Position numbers and translations under genes: made by a program. From NCBI GenBank assembly GCA_012295275.1, contig CM022669.1, forward strand, positions 5,828,001-5,892,000: a stretch of 64,000 nucleotides of DNA. Direction: 5' to 3'. Below, piece by piece: positions 52,835 through 64,000 of the stretch; position 1 is the stretch's first letter; every line of letters begins with the position of its first letter. The notes beneath the pieces are model-generated. The model worked only from the letters and a program-made list of their open reading frames with translations. It did not search any database and was not told the origin of the DNA. This stretch comes from Chrysomallon squamiferum (taxonomy: Eukaryota > Animalia > Mollusca).

Positions 52835-54580
52835 TGTTGATGGTAATAGTAATAGTAATACTTGAAACATCTTGTGTATTTCTAAACAGTATATTTTATT
52901 TGAGATTCAACATCATCTGCAGTATGTTTCTTCAATTTTACACACAAATTATTTGTCTAAAACTACACATCCCTTTGTAGTTACAATAAACAGGCATAAA
53001 TACTGTTTAACTCTCTCGGATATTAACATTAATATATTTTATAAACACCATTCCTTCATTCTTTTTTCAGACTAGGGAAACCAATTCATCTACAACAGTA
53101 ATAAAAGTAGCATGTTTTATTTATAAATCTTACCCTTGCATCTACTGTTATAGTTTGGATATCTTTGTCTTTGCCCTCAGTCTTGGTTGCCTTGACGATA
53201 TAGCCTGATATTGGCTGTACATGGTCATGCACATGATTTCTGTAAAAAAAAAAAAAAAATAATAAAAAAAAAAAATAAAAATAATAAATAATAAAAATAA
53301 ATAATTAAATGAACCTGATAAAATATAATTTATTTTCCACGATTTCAAAAATACAGTTTTTTTTTTAAAATGACATGCCCTTCTGAGAAAGAAGCTGCAC
53401 CTGACAAATGTAATAAGATGATTTTACATTTGTTAAATTTCTTTAAGTTTTCCTAATTTTCTGAAAATAATTTTTATTCTCTTGCAGTGGCAATTTATGG
53501 AGTGGTTTCCCTGTTGCAATGACACCCTCAAACAAACAAAATAATAAAATAAAAAATGATATAATAAATAAAACTGAGGTCAACATGAATGTCCCCTCTC
53601 ATACTCTGAATAATTTTTTAAATTGACCTGGATGCCAACTTTACAGTTTAGTTTGCTGATGTAGTGCATATGGCAGCAGAATCAACAAAAAGACAAACAC
53701 TGTAAAATTTATATTTTTAAGTTATAAACATATTTTTTGGAAACCCTCCCCTTTTATCTGAAGTATAATCTACGCCTATGTTGAAACATTTTCTGAATAT
53801 TCAGAAATACTTTTCTAAACTTCTCCTTAAAACAATAAAAGCTAAATATATTTATAGTGATATGCAAGACTCATAAAAATTATGTTTGCAGAAATTTGAA
53901 TATCAGAATCTGATACATCGATATATTCTATATATTTAAATAAACTATTAAAAAAATAATTTGTTTCTGGGTAATTCAGTAAATGAGTACATGGCACTCA
54001 CAATTACAGTGTCAGTCAATGACTGTCAGTAATATGAATAGACAATGTCAGAAAAATTATAATCATTCAAAATCAGAAAAATAGTTAAGTTAATACTACT
54101 ATAACTGTAGTCTGTTGTGGTTTTTTTTTTAGTTACTTATAAGTTATAAGTACTAAGTAGGGATTTTAATTATTGCAAGTTTAAAAATTTAAATTTTATT
54201 TTATTTTGTCTTTCTTACTTTTTATTATTATTATTTCATTTATTTATTAATTTATTTATTTATTTTATTATAAAGGATTGTGAACAATAATTAATTGTGA
54301 ATGCCACTGATCAAGATAGATTCATAAAACTAAAAATTAAAAATTTAAACAGTAAGCTGAGAAGACTATTTATCTAAAATAAATCTGACCGTTCCATAAA
54401 TGCAGTTACAAAGTTATCATTTAAATCATCAAACTACAAACTACAAACTAGTTCTTACTGTCACTTTAACTTACAACTAAACCACATATTTTCAGTATTG
54501 GTGCATTACCTGAATGTCAAACATCCAGTAGATTTTGATAAATAACTAAACAACCTTGCCGAAGAACGTACTGCCGCCAT
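50597..54580 (-). CDS. NDUFS4: NADH dehydrogenase [ubiquinone] iron-sulfur protein 4, mitochondrial (complex I 18 kDa subunit), 5 exons, 176 aa
   Basis: Exons 54580-54510, 53239-53134, 52589-52414, 52022-51949 and 50700-50597 are GT-AG and phase-consistent. They translate to [11 protein letters not shown]...[16 protein letters not shown]...[18 protein letters not shown]...[18 protein letters not shown]. Confidence 0.96.
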
Positions 54581-54676
54581 GACAGAAATTCTTTGACCTT
54601 ATTTCTACGACCTTCATTAAGATGAGCACCCTGTTTGTTTCTTGTTTACATTCTTCCATCGTGAACCGTTTTTGCG

Positions 54677-54739
<63 letters not shown>

Positions 54740-54911
54740 GCATACACAAACACACCACACACACATACAAGCATACAAACACACATATACAACATACTCA
54801 TATAACATGTTTGCACAAACAAATACACCATAGTGAGAACTGATAAAAATAATCATTTTGAATTTTTAAAATTTATGTATTTATTTATGTATTTATTTGT
54901 TTGTTTGTTTG

Positions 54912-54956
<45 letters not shown>

Positions 54957-55199
54957 GTTGTTGTTGTTGTTGTTGTTGTTTCACTTTTTTCTTATATTAA
55001 TATTCAGCACGAATGATGAAATCGTTTGTTTCGGTCTTTGGAGTTACTGCATGCTACTGGATATGTAACAAAAAAGAAATTATATTCTTATTAGTATTAT
55101 TAGCCACTGACCTAGTACACATAAATTATATACTGTCGTGTTTTTCCTCTGTCATTGTATCTTTAGAGTCGACATCTATTAATAGTTAAGATTACGTGT

Positions 55200-56115
55200 G
55201 TTGAATTGTGTATATTATTTGTTAAATGCCATACATAATTAAACACAGAATTGAACTGGCTGTCTACAATGCATTTGCTGAAAATGGTGACTTTGCAAAA
55301 GTGGATAACATGATGTTGAATCTGTTTACGTTTTTCAAGAATAGTGACAAGTGTTGGAGAATATTACTACTTATTGCAGAACGGTTAGGGGTTCTAGTGC
55401 ACGTATACCGAAAGCTTCTGGTACACGATTTCAAATTCTGTTTGTTCTGAACCATGTTCACCAGGGACAAGAGGCTGTGAAACATATAAGAACAAAACTG
55501 ATCCCAGCAATTTCAACACAGCTGATTAAATAAATGCATTCTTTCAATGACCATATCTTCAAGGAAATGAAAAATAGCTGATCACACTCAGTGGAATATA
55601 TCTGATCCAAAATATTGCCTGAAACAGATGTGATAAAAATAACCTGCAGTGAACTAATGTGTGTAGAGGACTTTCTTGCTACTACAACATCAGATTCAGA
55701 GGACTTGGATGATGCTCGAAGTGAAACAATTGATACTTCAGACACTGATGACAGTGACAACTCACAGTGCTAACTGAAACAAGTTCATCATTCAGATTCT
55801 CATATCAATATTGTTTGATGAGTTAAGTAAAACAATAAAACAAAACAAATTGCCATGATTTGTTTTATTGTGTTGTTTAGTTATAAAATGCAGTACACTA
55901 TACCTATACACAAAGTATTAATACAATGAAAACAGTGATATGGATAAATAACAAATATATTATACTGTTCACCATGCATGTATGTAAGGGATTTCACAAC
56001 AATAATAACGGGAATCGTAAACTTGATAAATTTGTGGTAACCTATAGGTTACCAGGTCCTGTTTTGTGGTAACCTCTAAATGGGTTACCAGACACGATCC
56101 TTATTTCGATGCCTG
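55200..56115 (+). mobile_element. Decayed hAT transposon (transposase pseudogene fragment plus right end), same family as 36870-37423
   Basis: Frameshifted peptide HRIELAVYNAF...FFKNSDKCWRILLLIAERLGV...GTRF is ZNF862-like. The 3' end TGGTAACCTCTAAATGGGTTACCAGACACGATCCTTATTTCGATGCCTG is identical to 37375-37423. Left TIR not found, so the start is approximate. Confidence 0.8.
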
Positions 56116-56239
56116 TAATAATAATAATAAAAAAAAAAAAAAAAAAACTAACCCCCAACACACAAACAAAACAAACGAAAATAACACACACACACACCTG
56201 TATGTAGTAATCACGTGATGTGCGTGTGTGTGTGAGAGA

Positions 56240-58866
56240 GAGAGACAGAGATTCTCTTACGAATAGATAATTGAATGCTAGTAGAGAAGATAAAAATGAG
56301 TATCGTAAGCATACTAGTCAAATTCCCTCGACCTCCCCTTGTGTATATTTTTATGAGCCCTTATATATATATATATAGTGTGTGTGGGTGTGTGTACGTG
56401 TATATGCACAGATATGTACATATGCATACAAGCACATACATATACATACATGCTTACATACATACATATATACACACACACATATATACATAAATGTTAA
56501 TGTGCAGAAACTGTCTGAGCCTACACTCGAAGATATTAATTAGCTTGACATTCTATTTACATTCCAGGTGACGCATTATGTAAATTCAGATACAGATAGC
56601 AGTTTTATGTGAGCTAGGTAACAGAAAAATGCTTATTTTTCTTGAGTTATTTTAAACTGAGTTATATGTAACGTACTGGTTGAAAACAAGCTCACAAATT
56701 GCTCTGTGAGTCAAGAACAGCAAATATTCTTTGTTTTAATCTACCTAAAATGTACCTTTAGTGAAATAAAGAAAATAATATTTTATATTCTGGATGTTTC
56801 CACGTTATACTTTGTTTAATATTTATTTTGCCTTCCTGTCTTAATTAATAACAAAGTATTAGTGTCGTCAGAACAAATGCATCTGTCATTCAGCCGTGCA
56901 CAAGATGACATCATGACTTCAGTTTTGAAGGAATAAAATGTAAAATGACAGCGTCGACATCCCAACTTTTTTTTGTAACATTGTTATTTTATTATGATAC
57001 TTTGTTATAGCCCAGAACAAAATAATAAGTATAAATACATTTCTCTGACTATTTATTTGTAGTGTCAGAAGTACGTTTAATATGAAGCAAGCTTCCTAGA
57101 AATTAGAGTTCGTTATTTATATAGCTAATTATTTTGTATTGTCTCTGTTATATTGTAGAATCAGTGGGTTAATAATTGTCTTATTTCGAACAGATCAGAT
57201 ATATATATATATAAATACATATATAAATACACACATATATATATATCACATTGATGTAGGATATCTAATATATATATATATTTAATTTGAATTGGTGAGT
57301 TTACGGAATCAAGTTTTAATCTGTCTAAAGTCTGGCAAACGTCCTTATTGTTTTAGCCATTATTTTCTTTTTGTTGTTTCGGTTGCCACACTAGACATAT
57401 CTGTATGAAGCTAAGAGAAAGTGTGTGTTTAAGAAAAATCTTAAGTATTGACATCTGATGGACGATAGCCCGTACTGAGACTTAAATTCGTAATCTGAGA
57501 AAATCAGATCTTAGTTACATTAATTATCACAGCTTGCTCTCTATAATTAACGCTTTTTAACAACAGTTATTCAGGTAACGTTTAAAGAATACAGATATCT
57601 TAAACATATATAAATATCAGTGCAATAAAACATGATTTTTCTATTTGCTTAAAATTAAAATGAAACCTTGGATAACTCTGACGTTACCCTTGAGGCCAAA
57701 GACAAACACTAAACATGTCAAATCATCAATTATCTACCAATCGGTGCACCTTGCAAACGAACAATCTGTACGAGGATATCCACGGAGCCATTCAGATTTA
57801 ATGCAGATAAGGTGATTCATAACTTATAGGCTTTCTCTCTCTCGCAGTGTTTATATAAAGCTCCATATTGCCCAGTGACTATTGTGTTTTGCCAACGATA
57901 CGCACTGTGGATCTCGAAAATGGGTGACCGACGACAGAAAGTTCACCGCCAGCGTTGTTGACAAACAAGTTACATTTTCATTCGTCTGCTACCTCGTTTG
58001 CGGAACACACCGTCGCAAAAGCAGGTACGTAAACATCATCTTTTCTTTATGACACAGTTTAAAATGCGTTATTTCCTGCTAAATGAATATTATTAAATTG
58101 CACGTTTTGATTGTAAAACTGTAGGTCCTTGCAGCTTGGAAAGGGAGGCCATGCTTTACAAGTTCGCAAATATTATTCGTGAATGGGAGTTGTTGAAGGT
58201 TTTCATTTTATGGCTTTAGTTTTTATCACTGTCACAGGGAAGGATGTCAAACTTAGGAAGTGAAAAGACAAATGTAGTGAATTTTATTCACACATGCTCT
58301 AATGTAAAGACTGTAGTTACGTATTATGATCAAAATGCAAGAAAAACATAAATATACTGATAAATATATAAATCAATAAATATGTATGAATGTATAATAC
58401 AAGCCTACAATGTAAAAAAAAAATAATAATAAAAAAATAAATTTATTTAAATATTATAATGAAGCAAATACATATACATGTATATAATCATAAAAATGCA
58501 AATTATGTAAATATATATATATATGTGTATGTGTGTATTCCTTCTCGTAAAAAATAAATATTTATGCATACAAAACTATAATCATGAAAATGCCTCTAAT
58601 TAACGAATTATGTAAACAGACATGGATAGTTAAACGTGATAAACGATGTGAAATTCCACTTCACTTGAATCTGTGTATCAGCGTTTGTAAACAATGTCCG
58701 CCGCAGGGATCACTGGTTAAAGACACGCACAAGTGCATACGTCCTGTTATCAAACCTACTTAAATATTTGTGACATAAAAAAATTACGAAGCATTACGAA
58801 ATTTTTCTCTCACAATAATAAACTGTCTGACAGTTATTTTAATGAGTTTTATTTATTTATTTATTT

Positions 58867-58901
<35 letters not shown>

Positions 58902-59167
58902 ACAATTTAAAAAAAAAAATTAGTCTGAAGACCGCATCGTTTTTCATATTTTCAGAATTAATCTTTCCATAGGCTATTTTTAATATGTGTTATTATAAAA
59001 GCTACCTTTATGGATTCATGCAATATTAATGAGTATACATATTAAGCGACACATACAACAGATTTATGAACACATAAAAACAGACTCCTTGGTTATTCAT
59101 TTTGAAAAGCAACTAAACCGTATTAATGCATAAAGATGAAAAATGAAAAAAATATACCTATGTGTGT

Positions 59168-59265
<98 letters not shown>

Positions 59266-59370
59266 CTTTCGAATAGATAATTTAATACAAGTAGAGAAGA
59301 TATTATGATAAGGGTATCGTAAACAAACAAGAAACAGTTCAGTTGACCCCACCTTGTGGAGCCGCCCATG
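56240..59370 (+). repeat. Pair of diverged ~100-bp direct repeats (56240-56340 and 59260-59370), each following a (TG)n(AG)n tract
   Basis: Both read CTCTT(A/T)CGAATAGATAATT(G/T)AAT...AGTAGAGAAGATA...GTATCGTAA. Confidence 0.7.
57735..58024 (+). promoter_or_regulatory. Candidate FATP promoter and non-coding first exon
   Basis: CCAAT at ~57737, TATATAAA at 57852-57859, then a CpG-rich segment ending at donor CAG|GTACGT (58024/58025). An acceptor TTTCTGCAG at 59940 lies just before the ATG, so an upstream UTR exon is expected. Confidence 0.6.
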
Positions 59371-59945
59371 TATTTACACAAGCTGACACACAAGTTAACG
59401 TTTTCACATAAATCAGAAACAAAAGGGTTAATCTGAGTCGATCAAAGTACGGTCACCCGAATGACACAGCTGGCATTAATAATGATGGAAAACTGTTATG
59501 TGAACTAATTAAAAAAATAATAACCTTTGAAATGTATAACCCGTCATAGACAAATGGTATTCTAGTATTCCGCTGTTAAATATTGTTTGTGTAATACCAA
59601 TATTATTATTTTGATTAACGGTTTTTAATACTCTAGCATTACTGAATTTTAGTGTTTACTGTACTGACGTTAGTTTTAATACAGTTAATGTGTACAATAT
59701 GAATTTTTTTTTGTTGTATATATTAAACACTATTAGTGCAAAAAATACATATACCCACACACGCGCGTTCACACACACCCAGACACACCCGTCTCTATTT
59801 ACTGTCTTCTAATTTTCTGAAGAAAGTGTCTAGGTTTTTTCTCCGTGTCAGAGGTGCATACATTTTGTGCAGACGTACATTTTTTGCTAACAGTTAACTA
59901 TTTAATATTTTGAATTTGTTTTAAAAATCTCTTTCTGCAGCGACA

Positions 59946-61109
59946 ATGTTCTACGAATGTATCGGGGTTGTCGCCGGTCTGGCGCTGACGTTGTACGTTG
60001 CGGTGCAGCTGTGGTGTCCGTGGATTCTCTACGACATCGTCTACATCTGGAGGAGATTCAAGATAATAAGATGCACACGAAACAGAATACGCAGACGTCA
60101 GTTCATCATTGACAGTTTCGAGCGTCACGTGCAAACCAGACCTAAGAAAACTTTTATCATCTTCGAAGACGAACATTTTAGCTACGAAGACGTCGACGCC
60201 AACGCCAACAAAGTGGCAAGGCTAGGTCTAAATCTAGGTCTCAAACCAAAGGATGTCGTTGCCATAATGATGCACAATGGACCGGAGTTTGTGTGGACCT
60301 TTCTAGGTTTGTCGATTATAAAAAGATATGGAGATTAAATAATAGAAATAATTTCACAAACAAAAATAATTTAGAAGTACATTCTACATATTTAGGCCAT
60401 TTGCACAAACATCCATTTTAAAGTGTATCTGTATATGTGTTTGTATATGTGACTCTCGTTCTATCTGTATGTACGTATGTATCTGTAAATCTGTGTTTAT
60501 TAAGTTTAATGAGTCTATGTCGTTATATAAATTCACGCATGCACGTATACATAATATTCAAATTGATATGTATGTGTATTTTCAGATTCTTTACAGCTTA
60601 ATTTAAATATATGTATATATGTAAGGTAATTTCTTATTTTAAATATATTTTTAATTAATTAATTTAATTTATTTATTAATTATTATTATTATTTTAATTT
60701 TATGTAATAACGTTATTATTATTATTTTTTTTTTTTTTCAGGTTTTCAAAAGATTGGAGTTACGATTTCTTTCATTAATTATCATCTGAGGTTCACGTCG
60801 TTGGTGTATTCAGTAAAAAGCTGTAATCCGAAATTTTTAATTGTAGGCAAAGGTATTTATTAATCATAGCTTTTCTCATGTTAGCAGTAACAACCATAAC
60901 GTTTTACTACCGTTAAAAGTATTTTCATTTGTCTTTGTTTTCCTTTTTTGCTTTTTATATTTTTTCCAATCTTTTATTATTTAATTATTTATTTATTTTT
61001 GGCATTAAAAGTAAGTTTGTAAACTGATTTTATTTTGTGTGTGTGTGTGATTTTTATTTTATTTTTTTATTTTCATTAAATTAAATTAAATTAAATTATT
61101 TATCTTATT

Positions 61110-61156
<47 letters not shown>

Positions 61157-62396
61157 TGTATTACAGACGACACACTTACGAAAGCTCTCACTGAAATTCG
61201 CAGTGAAGTCACTAAAGAAAACATGGTGGTTTACGAATATGACGATTTCATCAAGATGGCGGACGACATGCCACGTGACACCGTCGATCCGGAAATCAGA
61301 AAATGTCTGACTATGTCTGATATATCTACCTTTATTTTCACGTCTGGAACAACTGGTACGATTACTTTTTTGAAAAAAAAAAAAAAAAAAAAAATCCCCA
61401 AAAAACAACCAAAAAAAACCCCAAAACATGAGAAACTTGGCTTTTATATGATGTGGACAGAAATGATTCTACAGATGATTGTTTAAATGAATAACTACAT
61501 AACAGCATATAACTAATTTTTCTAACAAACGATTTTTGAATATGCAAAAAAGAAACGAGCACCCCACACACATACACACATTCACACCCACATACATATA
61601 TATATATATATTCAAACATACACAAACATTCAAACATTCAAGCATATATACACACACACAAAAAACAAGCTACAAGCTACCGTTTACAGTCTCCAACCCA
61701 CAAACAGAAATGCACGTATCATGACTTTTTATCAAAACTATAAATAGTACAAATGGACCAACAATAAGACTTGTTTCAAAGCAGAACCAAGCAGACAATT
61801 TGCTAGCACAAATCTCGACTATTCGTTCACACACTCACATACACAACACCTTTAACTATACCTCCTCTACAAACAGATACCTACTCACCCATCGAGCACA
61901 CGCAAACACGTAGTCACACGGTTTTTCTTCGAGTATTTTTATTTTTAAATGTTTATATTCTCTGTGTTAAGGTTTACCCAAACCAGCGGTGATCTCCCAT
62001 CAAAGGAATCTGATGGGGGCGTCTGCTTTCGAAATATTTGATTTCAGTCCCGATGATGTATTGTACGAAACTCTGCCCTTGTACCATGCTGCCGGTCTGA
62101 ACCTGGGAGTTTTAGGAACCATCTCAAAGGGTGAGTCACCAATTTTTTTAAAGATACATTTTGATACGGTTCAGGCGTTAAACACACAGAAAATGTCTGT
62201 CTTGTTTTGTCCACATTAACTGAAAAGTTTGATCTGACGATACATCAAAGACATAAAATTATATTGCAGTTATTTTTTAAAAATTCTCTTCCATTTTCAA
62301 TTAGATGCTATACCTTGCTGGTTGGTGTCTGTCCTCATTGTGGTCAGTGTAATGAAATAATAGCATTAGTCCAGAAATTAATTAAGTTGTTTTTCC

Positions 62397-62427
<31 letters not shown>

Positions 62428-62491
62428 AACGTCTGTTTGTGTATGTGTGTATTTGCGTATAAGTACACAAACATAAATACAAATACAATTA

Positions 62492-62540
<49 letters not shown>

Positions 62541-62674
62541 ACTGAAGTATCCTATGGAATCGGTAATGTAAATTAAACCATATTGAAAAAATTGTTCATC
62601 TGATGCCCGTCTATCACCTTATTTCTCAGTTTTGTTGTCTGTCTCTTTAACTTTGTGTATGATCACTAATGCGT

Positions 62675-62713
<39 letters not shown>

Positions 62714-63317
62714 ATTGTAATGATTTGTTTCAGGCGCTACTGTGGTTCTGGGACGCAAGTTTTCTGTGGGCAAGTTTTGGTCTGACTGTAGGAAACACAA
62801 CGTGACGGTCATTCAGTACATCGGAGAAATGTGTCGCTATCTTGTGAGCACGCCACAGGTAACACAGATTTTATGTCGACAGTAAACTGCGTTAAAGAGA
62901 GACTCAATACGTTGCCGATAATCTACGAATACCAGCTTTGAAATATTGACGAGTTAATGCATAATGATATTAAATTGAAACGAAACGAAATACAAACAAT
63001 AGATAAATAAATAAATAAAATAAATAAATAAATAAGATACATATATATAAAATAAATAAAAACAAAAATATTTTCTTTTTTTGTTTTTCTTGCCTTCTTT
63101 ATTTATTTCATTCGTATTTTAACAGCATCCTCTAGACGGAGAACATAAAATTCGGGTTGCTGCTGGTAACGGACTGCGCGCTGACATCTGGACGCAGTTC
63201 CAGAATCGATTCAAGATTCCCGAAATTTACGAATTTTACGCATCTGTTGAAGGAAACACGAACTTCATCAACATCTTCAACAAAGTGGGCGTTGTGGGAA
63301 GGCTGTCGCCACTGCTG
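59946..63317 (+). CDS. SLC27A: Long-chain fatty acid transport protein / very-long-chain acyl-CoA synthetase (SLC27 family), 5' part; continues beyond window
   Basis: Exons 59946-60306, 60742-60852, 61167-61355, 61972-62130, 62734-62858 and 63126-63317 are phase-consistent. N-terminal hydrophobic anchor, AMP-binding [48 protein letters not shown]. Paralog not assignable by eye. Confidence 0.93.
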
Positions 63318-64000
63318 GTAAATCCATACTGTTTTTAACCACAAACACACGGTTATCCATTCCATTAATCACGAGAGCCAGTTAGTGTCACTATAAAATC
63401 AGATCTGTACTCTTTAATCAAAGGCAGTAGTAAAGAAGACGTCAAGGGAGTATATCTACTGAAAACTACGTCTGCATCAAGCACTTTAATTGTGACTATA
63501 GGCAAGCACTGAATCTGTCCAAACATCTGACACCCATCTTTCAGATAACTTTACGATAAAATCAGTTAAAAAATACCAGTCAAGTTAAACAGAAAGTATT
63601 CTTCCCTTGGAAGTTCCGCCCATACCTAAGTTTCTCCACTGGAAGGTGTGTATATATTTCTATTTTGTTTCCTGGCATTTTTTTTATGGCACTGACTGGA
63701 TTTCGTAGTTAACAGAGGTTTAATATCTGTACTTTCTACTGTAATTTATAATACAGAAGTTTGAACTATAAAGACAAACACTTTGAAATGTAATTTGAAA
63801 TCGGAATAATTTCAAGTACAATTTATAATTCATACATTTTTAGCTTTGATTTGTAATTTTGTACATGTTGGTATACAGTTTTTGTAAATAAGTATAGGTT
63901 CATCTTTTTATTGTAATATAAACAGCCTGAAGTGGTTAATAAAATAAAATAATGTTTGACATTAATTTGTACAGCTGCTATGATGTAAAACTTACAGTTT

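Noticed and set aside
53645-53699. Possible extra NDUFS4 exon with AG/GT boundaries on -
   Set aside because: 55 nt long, shifts the frame and contains an in-frame stop; the five-exon model is already complete.

Overview
AT-rich, microsatellite-dense animal genomic DNA with GT-AG introns. A mollusc/gastropod origin is my inference from repeat style and is not proven. Three spliced genes can be assembled by hand. (1) An ADAMTS7/12-like metalloprotease on + has 23 phase-consistent coding exons at 7542-47327, an uncertain first exon, a ~19.9 kb intron and ~1,470 codons. Its domains are prodomain, HELGHNFGMKHD catalytic domain, disintegrin-like, 7 TSP1 repeats, Cys-rich/spacer, mucin-like linker and PLAC. 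(2) A complete 5-exon NDUFS4 lies on - (54580-50597, 176 aa), tail-to-tail with the ADAMTS. (3) The 5' part of an SLC27/FATP acyl-CoA synthetase lies on + (59946 onward), divergent from NDUFS4. There is also a possible signal-peptide exon on - at the window start, two decayed copies of one hAT transposon family, a putative hAT MITE and SINE-like relics. The most unusual signals are in the ADAMTS gene. Three separate 3' splice sites have been tandemly amplified together with the first bases of their exon (x2, x7, ~x5-6), and only the last copy leads into an intact exon. One decoy copy also changes the third zinc-ligand His to Arg. An in-frame TAA interrupts the mucin exon, and CpG density drops sharply midway through the gene. 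All calls are by eye; no searches were run.
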